A DNA stretch of 32,000 nt from Candidatus Woesearchaeota archaeon (GCA_016784105.1 JADHVG010000001.1:16238-48237), one strand, 5' to 3'; positions 7,705-16,282 are shown, counted from the stretch's first letter. A program made the numbers and translations. Notes: a model not told the origin generated them from the sequence alone.

Positions 7705-8433
7705 ATGACTAAAGCATTGTACATGGATGATTCTTATCTTAAGGAATTTAAAGCTACTGTTGAGTCAGTTAAAGATAATAAATATGTTGTTCTTGATCAA
7801 ACAGCATTCTATCCAACTAGCGGAGGGGTTGCTTGTGATACTGGAGTGTTAATTAAAGATAATGAAGAATATCCTGTTGTTTATGCAGGAAAGTTTGACA
7901 GGAAAATTTCGCATGAAGTCTCTAAACCCGGATTAAAGGAAGGAGATAAAGTTACTGGAAAAATAGATTGGGAAAGACGTTATAAGTTAATGAGACTCCA
8001 TACATCAGCTCATGTTTTGTGTTCGATTTTTCATAATAAAGGTGGTGCACAGATTACCGGTGGAAATATTGAACCTGATAAAGCAAGAATGGATTTTTCT
8101 TTGGAAGAATTTGACAGAGAAAAGATAGATGAATACCTGAAAATAGCAAACACCTTAGTTGAGAATGGTGCTGAAGTAAAAAGTAGTTACATGAATCGAG
8201 AAGAAGCACTAAAAATCCCAGACATGGTTAAACTTGCAAATAAAATGCCCCCTAATGTTGAAAAACTTAGAATTCTGGAAATTGTAGGTATTGATACTCA
8301 AGCAGATGGTGGAGCTCACGTCAAAAACATAACTGAAATAGGGAAAATAGAACTTGTTAAAGTTGACAATAAAGGAAAATCAAACAGAAGATTGTATTAC
8401 ATGGTTGGAGAACTAAAAGAAGAAAGCCCCTGA
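7705..8433 (+). CDS. alaX: AlaX-type trans-editing protein (alanyl-tRNA synthetase editing-domain homolog)
   Basis: Motifs are QTAFYPTSGG, the Zn-binding HTSAHVL, and DGGAHV. The size is typical of AlaX-M. AGGTGAT lies 3 nt before the ATG. Confidence 0.85.
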   Translation: MTKALYMDDSYLKEFKATVESVKDNKYVVLDQTAFYPTSGGVACDTGVLIKDNEEYPVVYAGKFDRKISHEVSKPGLKEGDKVTGKIDWERRYKLMRLHTSAHVLCSIFHNKGGAQITGGNIEPDKARMDFSLEEFDREKIDEYLKIANTLVENGAEVKSSYMNREEALKIPDMVKLANKMPPNVEKLRILEIVGIDTQADGGAHVKNITEIGKIELVKVDNKGKSNRRLYYMVGELKEESP

Positions 8434-9530
8434 GTTCCAACAATTCTTGATGCTAATGGTCTGAACTTTTTTGAAGTTTCGATGAATGATCCTTGGCTTT
8501 TGTCCAATAACGCGGTTAATCCTAATGACAAAAAACTTCTAGCCATGTGTTCGTTGTGTGTGTTTGTTTCTGGGTTCTCAGTTAAAAAACTTAAAGAAGC
8601 CATAATTCTATCGTAAGTCTCAGCTTGGTTGAACGCTGTTAGCATGTCTAATTCCAGTAAATCATTTTTTGTAGCAACTACATTTTCATCATCCACCTGA
8701 GAGGAATCCATCAATCCTTTCTTCATAAGGAATTTTTTGACATCTCGTTCACCAAATTGCCCCGGTTCAGACCAAGACTTAGGTTCTGGTCCTACATCCA
8801 GCAATCCGGACATGATCTCAATATAATCCCTGCTAAACTTGCTTGCTGTGAACTTATCTTCGGAAAGGAAGGTTCCAGCAGGGTATAACATTCCAACTTT
8901 TGTCCTTTTTCCATCATACTTCATAATCATCAATTGTAAATTTTGATTTACCTGAGGGTCGTTTTCCGCTACATATCTTGCAAGCTGCATCGCTAAAGTT
9001 GTAGCGTAATCTATTGTGTCAGTGGCAAAGTTCCCCCTGTTTTTTTTGTGGCTTTGTAATGCTAAATCTATTTGGTCAAAACCAGAACCTCCTTGAGCAG
9101 AAACTACGCAATTTTTGTAACCTGATTCATGGAGGGCATCATCAATGTGCACTAATCCTAGTTCTTTATCTCTGGTTGGACCTGCAACAATGAATCCAGA
9201 AATTTGTGCATCGCTTCCGTTTTTAGACTCCCAAATATGGTCCAAAAGGATCTCAGTTACCTGATCTATGCTGGATAATCTGCCGTGTTCCATCAACTTT
9301 TGCCTCCCCCTATACAACAAACCAAGATTTCCGGAACCGGTTAGTAAGAAATCTTGAGTATAATCTTTATCAGGATTTTTAGGAATAACAAAATTTTTTG
9401 CCCAATTTTTTCCCTGTACTTTTTTTACTACGTCATTTGGTGCATGAGGATCGAGAGTTCCCTGGCTATCTGATAAGGTCATAGCGTACCCTAACCCGTT
9501 TTGTAACCTCATACCAAAATTGTAAGTCAT
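8397..9530 (-). CDS. proteasome beta/Anbu-like Ntn-hydrolase candidate with C-terminal extension
   Basis: With the start at ATG 9530 the product begins MTYNFGMRLQNGLGYAMTLSDSQGT. Later motifs are VVKKV, LTGSGNLG, ISGFIVAG, LGLVHIDD and AQGGSGFDQIDLAL, arranged like T1-family/Anbu sequences. GGAAAGGTTTATAAAG places TTTATA exactly 30 nt upstream of 9530. The track ORF extends to 9704 across the divergent rpoK promoter. Confidence 0.5.
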   Translation of the reverse strand: MTYNFGMRLQNGLGYAMTLSDSQGTLDPHAPNDVVKKVQGKNWAKNFVIPKNPDKDYTQDFLLTGSGNLGLLYRGRQKLMEHGRLSSIDQVTEILLDHIWESKNGSDAQISGFIVAGPTRDKELGLVHIDDALHESGYKNCVVSAQGGSGFDQIDLALQSHKKNRGNFATDTIDYATTLAMQLARYVAENDPQVNQNLQLMIMKYDGKRTKVGMLYPAGTFLSEDKFTASKFSRDYIEIMSGLLDVGPEPKSWSEPGQFGERDVKKFLMKKGLMDSSQVDDENVVATKNDLLELDMLTAFNQAETYDRIMASLSFLTENPETNTHNEHMARSFLSLGLTALLDKSQGSFIETSKKFRPLASRIVGTQGLSSFSSPTM

Positions 9531-9551
9531 AGCGAATTTTAGAGTTTCTTG

Positions 9552-9567
9552 CTTTATAAACCTTTCC
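9552..9567 (-). promoter_or_regulatory. BRE/TATA promoter (GGAAAGGTTTATAAAG) for 8397-9530
   Basis: It has the same GAAAGGTTTATA core as the 4917 and 5378 modules. TTTATA starts 30 nt upstream of ATG 9530, implying a leaderless mRNA. Confidence 0.6.
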
Positions 9568-9621
9568 ATTTTTTTATTATTCTTTAGTGGTGAATTTAGA
9601 AGATTATTTATAAATAAATAG

Positions 9622-9638
9622 ATGGAAAGGTTTAAAAA
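9622..9638 (+). promoter_or_regulatory. BRE/TATA promoter (ATGGAAAGGTTTAAAAA) for rpoK-rps17e
   Basis: It is a mirror image of the 9552-9567 element. TTTAAA starts 39 nt upstream of the rpoK ATG at 9670. Confidence 0.55.
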
Positions 9639-9669
9639 CCCACCATTTATCCTACTATTACTTCTAAAA

Positions 9670-9882
9670 ATGGAATACACAAAATACGAAATGGCAAGAA
9701 TCATCGGTGCAAGAGCAACACAGATATCACAAGGCGCACCCTTACTAATGAAATTCTCAGAAAAAGACTTAGAAATGTTATCTTATAGCCCATTAGAGAT
9801 AGCAAAAAAGGAATACCAAGAAGGAATGATCCCGATCACAATAAGACAAGAAGAGGAACTAAAAAAAGATGGGAAGAATTAA
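9670..9882 (+). CDS. rpoK: DNA-directed RNA polymerase subunit K (Rpo6)
   Basis: TKYEMARIIGARATQISQGAPLLM and PLEIAKKEYQEGMIPITIR match the conserved Rpo6/RpoK core. Start moved from 9622 to the ATG at 9670, because the upstream part of the ORF is the promoter element. Confidence 0.85.
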   Translation: MEYTKYEMARIIGARATQISQGAPLLMKFSEKDLEMLSYSPLEIAKKEYQEGMIPITIRQEEELKKDGKN

Positions 9883-10108
9883 AACAGTTCTAGTTAAAAG
9901 AGTAACAAAAAAACTTGTCAAAGAACACGCAGAAGAATTCTCAGAAGACTTTGCAAAAAACAAAGAAGCACTTAAAAAACATGCAATCATACAATCTCCT
10001 AAACTAAGGAATGTTATCGCAGGTTATGTTTCTAGATTAGTAAAACAAGCAAAAGAAGGCAAACAAGTAAGAAGAATGTCACAAGAAGATATTTCTAAAT
10101 TTTATTAA
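9869..10108 (+). CDS. rps17e: 30S ribosomal protein eS17
   Basis: MGRIKTVLVKRVTKKLVKEHAEEFSEDFAKNKEAL...PKLRNVIAGYVSRL is a typical S17e N-terminus. It overlaps rpoK by 14 nt. Confidence 0.9.
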   Translation: MGRIKTVLVKRVTKKLVKEHAEEFSEDFAKNKEALKKHAIIQSPKLRNVIAGYVSRLVKQAKEGKQVRRMSQEDISKFY

Positions 10109-10112
10109 AAAA

Positions 10113-10595
10113 TTATTTCTTAGAATACTTTTCCCTTAAAGCTTTTTCAACATTCTTAGGAACTAAATCATTCAAATTTCCATTAAATCTAGCCATCTCT
10201 TTAACAATACTAGAATTAAGATAAACATAATGTTCTTTTGTCATGATAAAAATTGTCTCTACACTATCATCAACAACTCGATTCATTAATGCACGTTGGA
10301 ATTCAAACTCAAAGTCCGATACTGCTCTCAAACCCCTCACTATTATCTTAGAGTTCTTGCTTTTTACGTAATTCAACAATAGACCAGAAAAAGAATCTAT
10401 CTCCACATTCTTTATTTTTTTAGTTGATTCCTCTAACATATCTAACCTTTCTTTTGTTGAGAACAAAGGTTTCTTATCAGGATTGTCACCAACCGTAACA
10501 ATTACCTTATCGAAAATTTTTGAAGCTCTCTTGATGACATCAATGTGTCCATTAGTTGCCGGATCAAAGCTTCCCGGATAAACTGCTGTTTTCAT
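10113..10595 (-). CDS. coaD: phosphopantetheine adenylyltransferase, bacterial CoaD type
   Basis: AVYPGSFDPATNGHIDVIKRA, IVRGLRAVSDFEFE and LNSSIVKEMARFNG are collinear with E. coli CoaD. Confidence 0.92.
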   Translation of the reverse strand: MKTAVYPGSFDPATNGHIDVIKRASKIFDKVIVTVGDNPDKKPLFSTKERLDMLEESTKKIKNVEIDSFSGLLLNYVKSKNSKIIVRGLRAVSDFEFEFQRALMNRVVDDSVETIFIMTKEHYVYLNSSIVKEMARFNGNLNDLVPKNVEKALREKYSKK

Positions 10596-10597
10596 AG

Positions 10598-11188
10598 TTA
10601 GGAGTATACTTGTCTGTTTTTTAAGAGTTTTGGAATCATAATATCAATCTGATTTGTAGAATTCCTTAAGGTTTTATCATTATCAACAACAAAATCTGCT
10701 TTTTTGATTTTTTCTTTTAACTGTATCTGGGAATCTATTATCTGAATTACTTCTTTTTTAGAATATTTCCTCTTTTTTAGGACTCTTTCAATTTGTTTTT
10801 TCTTGGAACATTTAACAACCATAATTTTATCAAAGTACTTTTCCAATTTAGCTTCAAACAGCAAGGGAATGTCAACAACAATCCTAGTTTCTTTTTTATC
10901 CAATTTTTTTATTTTATTAATCTCTTTCTTCATTGCTTTAATTATTACTGGATGAGTTATGTTATTGAGTTTTCTTAATTTCTTAGAATCATTAAACACA
11001 ATTTCCTTTAGTTTTTTTCTGTCAGTTGTTCCAAATTCTTTCTTAATTTTTAATCTTAATAGTAAATTCTTCCTATAGATTCCATGATACAATCTATCCA
11101 CATTAATCACCCTAAAACCATGCTTTCTGAACAATTCAGAAACAGTGCTTTTCCCAGTTCCAAAATTCCCGGTAATTCCTAAAATCAT
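10598..11188 (-). CDS. coaE: dephospho-CoA kinase, bacterial CoaE type
   Basis: The N-terminal P-loop is ILGITGNFGTGKSTVSELF. VINVDRLYH and ITHPVI follow, a typical CoaE layout. The gene ends 2 nt before coaD. Confidence 0.85.
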   Translation of the reverse strand: MILGITGNFGTGKSTVSELFRKHGFRVINVDRLYHGIYRKNLLLRLKIKKEFGTTDRKKLKEIVFNDSKKLRKLNNITHPVIIKAMKKEINKIKKLDKKETRIVVDIPLLFEAKLEKYFDKIMVVKCSKKKQIERVLKKRKYSKKEVIQIIDSQIQLKEKIKKADFVVDNDKTLRNSTNQIDIMIPKLLKNRQVYS

Positions 11189-11215
11189 TTTTTGATTGAA
11201 GAAACAACAATTTAA

Positions 11216-12217
11216 CTAATTTACTGAATTGCAAGGTTTTTTGCTAAAATAATTATCTATGTTCTCAGAAGTTGTGTCAAGTATCCTCATTAAAGCTTCA
11301 CTGCTATTGAACGCGTTGTGAGGAGTAAAAACCACATTGTCCATGTCAAATATCTTGTGAGCAGTAATGATATCCCCCAGCTTTTGAGTATTTTTTGATC
11401 TGTGTAATAATTCATGCTCTTCTTTAATGGATTCTTCTCCTTCTATGACATCTAGACCTGCCCCGCTGAGATGCTTTGTTTCAAGAGCTTGCAGCAAAGC
11501 ATCGGTATCGACTATTTGGCCTCGAGAAGTGTTAATCAGAATAGCACCTTCCTTCATCTTCGCAATATTCTTTTTATCAATTAGATGATGAGTATGTTTA
11601 TTATGTGGAACGTGCAAGCTTATGATATCTGAGTTCTTAAGAAGTTCGTTGAAAGTTACATACTTAAAATCAAGAACATCTTCCATGAAAGTGTTTTTGT
11701 GTAAGTCATAAACTAACACATCCATACCAAAAGCCCTTGCAGTTCTTGCAACATGAAATCCTATATTTCCTCCTCCAACTACCCCCAAGATCTTTCCTTT
11801 GAGATCAAAACCAGTAAGACCCTCAATAGAGAAATCATTTTTTAAAGTTCTAATGTAAGATTTGTGAATGTTTCTAGACAATGAAAGAATTAATCCAAAA
11901 GTGTGTTCTGCAACAGTATTCTCCCCGTAAGAAGGAACAGTGCAAATAGAAATCTGTCTTTTTTTGCATTCTTGGATATCTATATGGTCAAAACCAGTGG
12001 ATCTTGTTGCTATCATTTTTAGTTTTGGTAGTTTCATTAATGCATTCTTAGTTACATGAGAATAGATGAAAACCGAAATGATATCAAAACCTTTAATCTC
12101 AGAAATGTTTTCATTGTCTAAAGGCCCTTCAAAGAATTTTAACGTATGCTTTCTTAGACTTTTCTTGAGATGTTTTTCTTCCCATTTCTTGGTTTCAAAA
12201 AAAGCTATGCTTGCCAT
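11216..12217 (-). CDS. D-isomer-specific 2-hydroxyacid dehydrogenase (D-lactate/glycerate dehydrogenase family)
   Basis: The NAD fold is GVVGGGNIGFHVARTARAFGMDVLVYD. Catalytic-region motifs are LINTSRGQIVD, GAGLDV and TPHNAF. Confidence 0.88.
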   Translation of the reverse strand: MASIAFFETKKWEEKHLKKSLRKHTLKFFEGPLDNENISEIKGFDIISVFIYSHVTKNALMKLPKLKMIATRSTGFDHIDIQECKKRQISICTVPSYGENTVAEHTFGLILSLSRNIHKSYIRTLKNDFSIEGLTGFDLKGKILGVVGGGNIGFHVARTARAFGMDVLVYDLHKNTFMEDVLDFKYVTFNELLKNSDIISLHVPHNKHTHHLIDKKNIAKMKEGAILINTSRGQIVDTDALLQALETKHLSGAGLDVIEGEESIKEEHELLHRSKNTQKLGDIITAHKIFDMDNVVFTPHNAFNSSEALMRILDTTSENIDNYFSKKPCNSVN

Positions 12218-12273
12218 TTCCTAGATCTTGATTTTGGAGAATAAAAAAGTTTTGAAATTATCCTATCAACAAA

Positions 12274-12281
12274 TTTATATA
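12274..12281 (+). promoter_or_regulatory. TATA box (TTTATATA) of the hydrogenase operon
   Basis: It starts exactly 30 nt upstream of the hydB ATG at 12304, the same spacing as several other genes here. No SD is present, so the mRNA is probably leaderless. Confidence 0.55.
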
Positions 12282-12303
12282 CTTATAAACCTCGTTTTTT
12301 TCT

Positions 12304-13272
12304 ATGCAAGTCTTTAAGTTGCAGAAAAAGGGGTTTAATGAGTTTCTTGAAAAAGTAAGAAGTAGCTATGAACTCATAGCCCCAATAAAAGAAGATTTAG
12401 TTAAATTTGAAAAGATAAATAATGTAAAAGATATTCACTTGGAAAAGAATTCTTATTTCCCGGTAAAAGAATATTTTTTTAGAAAAGAAGAAACCTTGTT
12501 TCAATTTGACGGGAAGAAGTTTATAACTCCAAAACTTAAAACTCCTACAAGAGCATTCTTTGGATTAAGGAGATGTGATTTAGCTGGAATTCAACATCAA
12601 GACAAAGTTTTCATGGAAGATGTTAATGATCCTTATTATTTGGAAGCCAGAAAAAACAGTTTCTTGTTAGGTTATCATTGTCCTTCTGCACCATCCGAAT
12701 ACTGTTTCTGTGGGTCTATGAACCTTGAGGAGTTCTTCGACATCATGTTCTATGACCATGAAACATTCTTTCTAGCAGAAATAGGTTCTAAAAAAGGAGA
12801 ATTCTTAGTAAAAAAATTCTCAAAATACTTTTCTAAAACAAACGAGATAATCTCCGAGGTTGAAAAAACAATTCCTGGAACTGAAAGATTAGAGAAAAAA
12901 GATATCTCCAAGCTATATGATCATAAAGACTGGAAAAAAGGAGTAGATATCTGTTTGTCATGTACGGCATGTACGGCCTTATGTCCAACGTGCTACTGTT
13001 TTAGCATCCATGATGAAATTTCTATTAAAAACACAAAAGAAAGTGAAAGAAAAAGAAGCTGGAGTTCATGCCAAGTTCCCGAATTTACAAAAGTAGCTGG
13101 AGATCATGTCTTTAGACAGGAAAGAGAAGAAAGGTTCAAACACAGAATATACCATCAACTTGATTATTTCAAGGAAAAGTATAATGTGAATATGTGTACT
13201 GGCTGCGGAAGGTGTATAGAAGGATGTCCTACCAGAATAGATTTTGTCAAGATAATAAATGAAATGGAATAA
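12304..13272 (+). CDS. hydB: group 3b [NiFe]-hydrogenase (sulfhydrogenase) beta subunit, Fe-S protein
   Basis: Two ferredoxin-type clusters are present, CLSCTACTALCPTCYC and CTGCGRCIEGCP. The gene is first in a B-G-D-A order, as in Pyrococcus sulfhydrogenase. Confidence 0.85.
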   Translation: MQVFKLQKKGFNEFLEKVRSSYELIAPIKEDLVKFEKINNVKDIHLEKNSYFPVKEYFFRKEETLFQFDGKKFITPKLKTPTRAFFGLRRCDLAGIQHQDKVFMEDVNDPYYLEARKNSFLLGYHCPSAPSEYCFCGSMNLEEFFDIMFYDHETFFLAEIGSKKGEFLVKKFSKYFSKTNEIISEVEKTIPGTERLEKKDISKLYDHKDWKKGVDICLSCTACTALCPTCYCFSIHDEISIKNTKESERKRSWSSCQVPEFTKVAGDHVFRQEREERFKHRIYHQLDYFKEKYNVNMCTGCGRCIEGCPTRIDFVKIINEME

Positions 13273-13390
13273 AAAAAATATGAGAGTATCAGACAATAGA
13301 AGCACAGATTAATAACCAACAATTCAATGGACAGGCAACATAAAAACAATAAAAAAAAATTCAATATCAAAATATAAATAATAATTAAAA

Positions 13391-14197
13391 ATGGAAAGAC
13401 AAAAAACTTTTGAGAACCCTTACTTGCCTAAGCCCTACAAGGTTTTAAGCTTTACAAGAGAAAGCTCTGATAGCTTCACCATAAAAGTAGACATGAGGAT
13501 AAACCACGAACCTGGACAGTTTGTGCAAGTTTCTGTTCCGGGAATCGGAGAATGCCCGATTTCTATCTGTTCTGATTCCAACAAATACATTGAACTTAAC
13601 ATCCGAGAAGTTGGAAATGTAACAAATGCCCTATCTAAGTTGAAAAAAGGTAGTGTGGTGTTTGTCAGAGGTCCTTACGGTAACGGATATCCTATGCGGT
13701 CGTTAAGAGGCAATAATATCTTGATAATTGGAGGCGGATGCGGAGTTGCACCCCTAAGAGGAATCATAGAGTTTGTTGCAAATAACCGAGAAGACTATGA
13801 AGATGTTAATTTGTTCCTGGGCTATAGAAGTCCGGCAGACATGATATTCAAGAAAGAGACAAAAAAATGGAAGAAAGATTACCAGGTTGATGTTAGCGTT
13901 GATAAGGTTCCTCACGGACAGAGCTGTCATGATATGCGTGTTGGATTCATAACTGATGCACTAAAAGAAATGCACCTTGATAAAAATAATAGAGTTGTGT
14001 TTATCTGTGGACCTCCCATCATGATGAGATATGTGATTGAAATTCTTAAAAATAAAGGATTTAACGACAAACAAATATTCATAAGCGCAGAAAGGCTGAT
14101 GTATTGTGCATTAGGAGTTTGCTGCCACTGCATGATAAAAGGCAAATTTACCTGTATAGATGGTCCGGTTTTCAGATATGATGAGGTGCCAAAATGA
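13391..14197 (+). CDS. hydG: sulfhydrogenase gamma subunit, FAD/NAD(P)-binding with 2Fe-2S
   Basis: It has a ferredoxin-NADP-reductase-like fold (GQFVQVSVPGIGECPISI, IIGGGCGVAPL) and a C-terminal cluster CALGVCCHCMIKGKFTCIDGPVF. Confidence 0.88.
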   Translation: MERQKTFENPYLPKPYKVLSFTRESSDSFTIKVDMRINHEPGQFVQVSVPGIGECPISICSDSNKYIELNIREVGNVTNALSKLKKGSVVFVRGPYGNGYPMRSLRGNNILIIGGGCGVAPLRGIIEFVANNREDYEDVNLFLGYRSPADMIFKKETKKWKKDYQVDVSVDKVPHGQSCHDMRVGFITDALKEMHLDKNNRVVFICGPPIMMRYVIEILKNKGFNDKQIFISAERLMYCALGVCCHCMIKGKFTCIDGPVFRYDEVPK

Positions 14198-15006
14198 AGC
14201 TCAAAGTTGGGTTTTACGGCATCACTGGCTGTGCAGGCTGTTTACTTTCCGTGATATTCAATGAAGATGAAATTCTGGATCTGGTAGATTTAGTGGATCT
14301 AAAAGCATTCCCTTTCGTGAAAGAAGTAAACATAGATGAAAAGTTTGACTATGTTTTTATGGAAGGCCTAGTTGCTGATAACGATGACCTTAAAACGTTA
14401 AAGAAATTAAGAAAGAACTCAAAGTTTTTAGTTTCTTTAGGAGCTTGTGCATCCACCGGTTGTGTTCCTGCTTACCGACAGTATACATTAAAAGAAAATT
14501 ATGAACATCTGATATACAAAAAACAGAAAAGATTACAAGATCTGAAAGCAAGTCCGATTGATGATCATGTAAAAGTTGATTATTATATTCCTGGATGTCC
14601 ACCGGACAAAAAAGAAATCGTTAATTTTGTTAAAAACCTAGTTATAGGAAAAGAACCTAAACCTTTTGAAAGTCCTGTTTGCGTGGAGTGCAGACAAAAC
14701 GGAAATCAGTGTTTACTTGATTTAGGAAAACCATGTTTAGGCCCAATAACTGCAGGAGGATGTGATGCTGTTTGCATAAACGGAAAGTTTGAGTGTTGGG
14801 GATGTAGAGGGCCTACAAAAGACATGAATCTGGATTTAATGATAAAGATGTTACGTGATAGGGGTTTTGATGATAAGTTCATCCAAGACCGAATGCGAAC
14901 TTTTGTAGGATTAAAGATGCCGATGATAGAAGAATATATGTGCAGTACCGGAACCGCAAACAGATTAAAAACATCATTTAAAGGAAAAAAAGAATATTTT
15001 GAATAA
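14194..15006 (+). CDS. hydD: [NiFe]-hydrogenase small (delta) subunit
   Basis: The N-terminal motif is GITGCAGCLLS. Further Cys clusters are GACASTGC, PGCPP, CVECR and GGCDAVC. The ATGA start overlaps hydG. Confidence 0.88.
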   Translation: MKLKVGFYGITGCAGCLLSVIFNEDEILDLVDLVDLKAFPFVKEVNIDEKFDYVFMEGLVADNDDLKTLKKLRKNSKFLVSLGACASTGCVPAYRQYTLKENYEHLIYKKQKRLQDLKASPIDDHVKVDYYIPGCPPDKKEIVNFVKNLVIGKEPKPFESPVCVECRQNGNQCLLDLGKPCLGPITAGGCDAVCINGKFECWGCRGPTKDMNLDLMIKMLRDRGFDDKFIQDRMRTFVGLKMPMIEEYMCSTGTANRLKTSFKGKKEYFE

Positions 15007-15007
15007 G

Positions 15008-16282
15008 ATGAGCAAAACAATAACCTTAAACCACATAACCAAGATAGAAGGACACGCTTCTCTAAGCTTAGGAATAAAAAACGATAAAGTTACTAAATGT
15101 GAACTATCGGCAACGGAAGGAAGTAGGTATTTTGAAGGTATCGTGAAAGGACGTCGTTATTACGAAGCACACGAGATGACTTCTCGTATTTGTGGAGTAT
15201 GCAGTTGTGCGCACGTAGTTGCAGCAATTTCAGCTGTGGAAAATGCTTTTGGTTATAAACCAAGCAAACAAACAAAGCAACTTAGAGAATTAATGACATT
15301 AGGAGAAAGAATAAGGAGTCATGCAACTCATTTGTACTTTCTTGCATTGCCCGATTATGTAGGGTACGGTTCCGCATTAGCAATGGCCAAAAAATACCGG
15401 AAAGAGTTGCAGAATGCTCTTAATTTAATGAAGTGCGGGAATGGCATCATAAAATTACTTGGAGCTCGGGAGTTGCATCCAGTTTCTGCAACGGTTGGCG
15501 GTTGGCTCAAAATACCAAAAGAAAAAGAGATAGAAAATGTAAAGAAAACTCTTATTTCAGTAAGGGAAGATGCTCTCAAAACCTTTTCTTTATTTTCTTC
15601 CCTCAACTATCCTGAGTTTGAAACAGAAAGTGTTATGTTTTCTTTAGTTGATAAAAATAAATACTCAGTTTTGGATGGAACGTTTTCTTCTGGCAATATG
15701 AAAACTACAAAGAAAAAATATAGGGAACATATCAAAGAGTACCAAGTTCCACATTCAAATGCAAACTTTGTAACGTATGATAACTACCAGTATCAGGTTG
15801 GAGCTATGGCTCGTATAAATAATAACAAAAAACAATTGCACAATAAAGCAAAAAAACTTCTTAATAAGTCTAAAATAAAGTTTCCTTCAAAGAATCCTTA
15901 CACCAATAATTTTGCGCAGGCAGTTGAGTTGGTGCATTGCATCGAGGAGGCTATCAAGCTATGTGATTCATTAAATCTAAAAGAAGAGAAACTAGATAAA
16001 TTAAAAGTTAAAGCTGGAACCGGAATAGGATGCATAGAAGTTCCTAGAGGAACACTATGGCATGAATATACCCTAGATAAAAAAGGAATCATTACCAATG
16101 CGAACATAATAACTCCCACTGCACAAAACCTTTTCAGTGTTCAAGAAGACATAAAAGAACTTGTTCCTTCTATAATAAAGAAAAAGAAAAAAGACATAAT
16201 AATGGACATAGAAAAACTGATAAGGAGTTACGATCCATGTTTCTCATGTTCAGCACATTTTTTGGAGGTTAAATGGGTATGA
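15008..16282 (+). CDS. hydA: [NiFe]-hydrogenase large (alpha) subunit
   Basis: The Ni-binding motifs are RICGVCSCAH (N-terminal) and DPCFSCSAHF (C-terminal). A short FLEVKWV peptide after the His would be removed by the maturation protease. ATG 15008 is preferred over the TTG at 14999. Confidence 0.92.
   Translation: MSKTITLNHITKIEGHASLSLGIKNDKVTKCELSATEGSRYFEGIVKGRRYYEAHEMTSRICGVCSCAHVVAAISAVENAFGYKPSKQTKQLRELMTLGERIRSHATHLYFLALPDYVGYGSALAMAKKYRKELQNALNLMKCGNGIIKLLGARELHPVSATVGGWLKIPKEKEIENVKKTLISVREDALKTFSLFSSLNYPEFETESVMFSLVDKNKYSVLDGTFSSGNMKTTKKKYREHIKEYQVPHSNANFVTYDNYQYQVGAMARINNNKKQLHNKAKKLLNKSKIKFPSKNPYTNNFAQAVELVHCIEEAIKLCDSLNLKEEKLDKLKVKAGTGIGCIEVPRGTLWHEYTLDKKGIITNANIITPTAQNLFSVQEDIKELVPSIIKKKKKDIIMDIEKLIRSYDPCFSCSAHFLEVKWV

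Noticed and set aside
9531-9704. N-terminal extension of the 8397-9704 track ORF (MILAISYFVYSIF...), and the 9622-9669 extension of the rpoK ORF.
   Set aside because: The two extensions overlap each other on opposite strands. They consist of the AT-rich divergent promoter region. Each is preceded internally by a well-placed BRE/TATA and a start codon that gives a conserved protein N-terminus.
13066-13370. Minus-strand ORFs 13066-13305 and 13164-13370 in and after hydB.
   Set aside because: They are low-complexity Phe/Leu/Ile translations of the antisense strand and of the A-rich hydB-hydG spacer. There is no start context.
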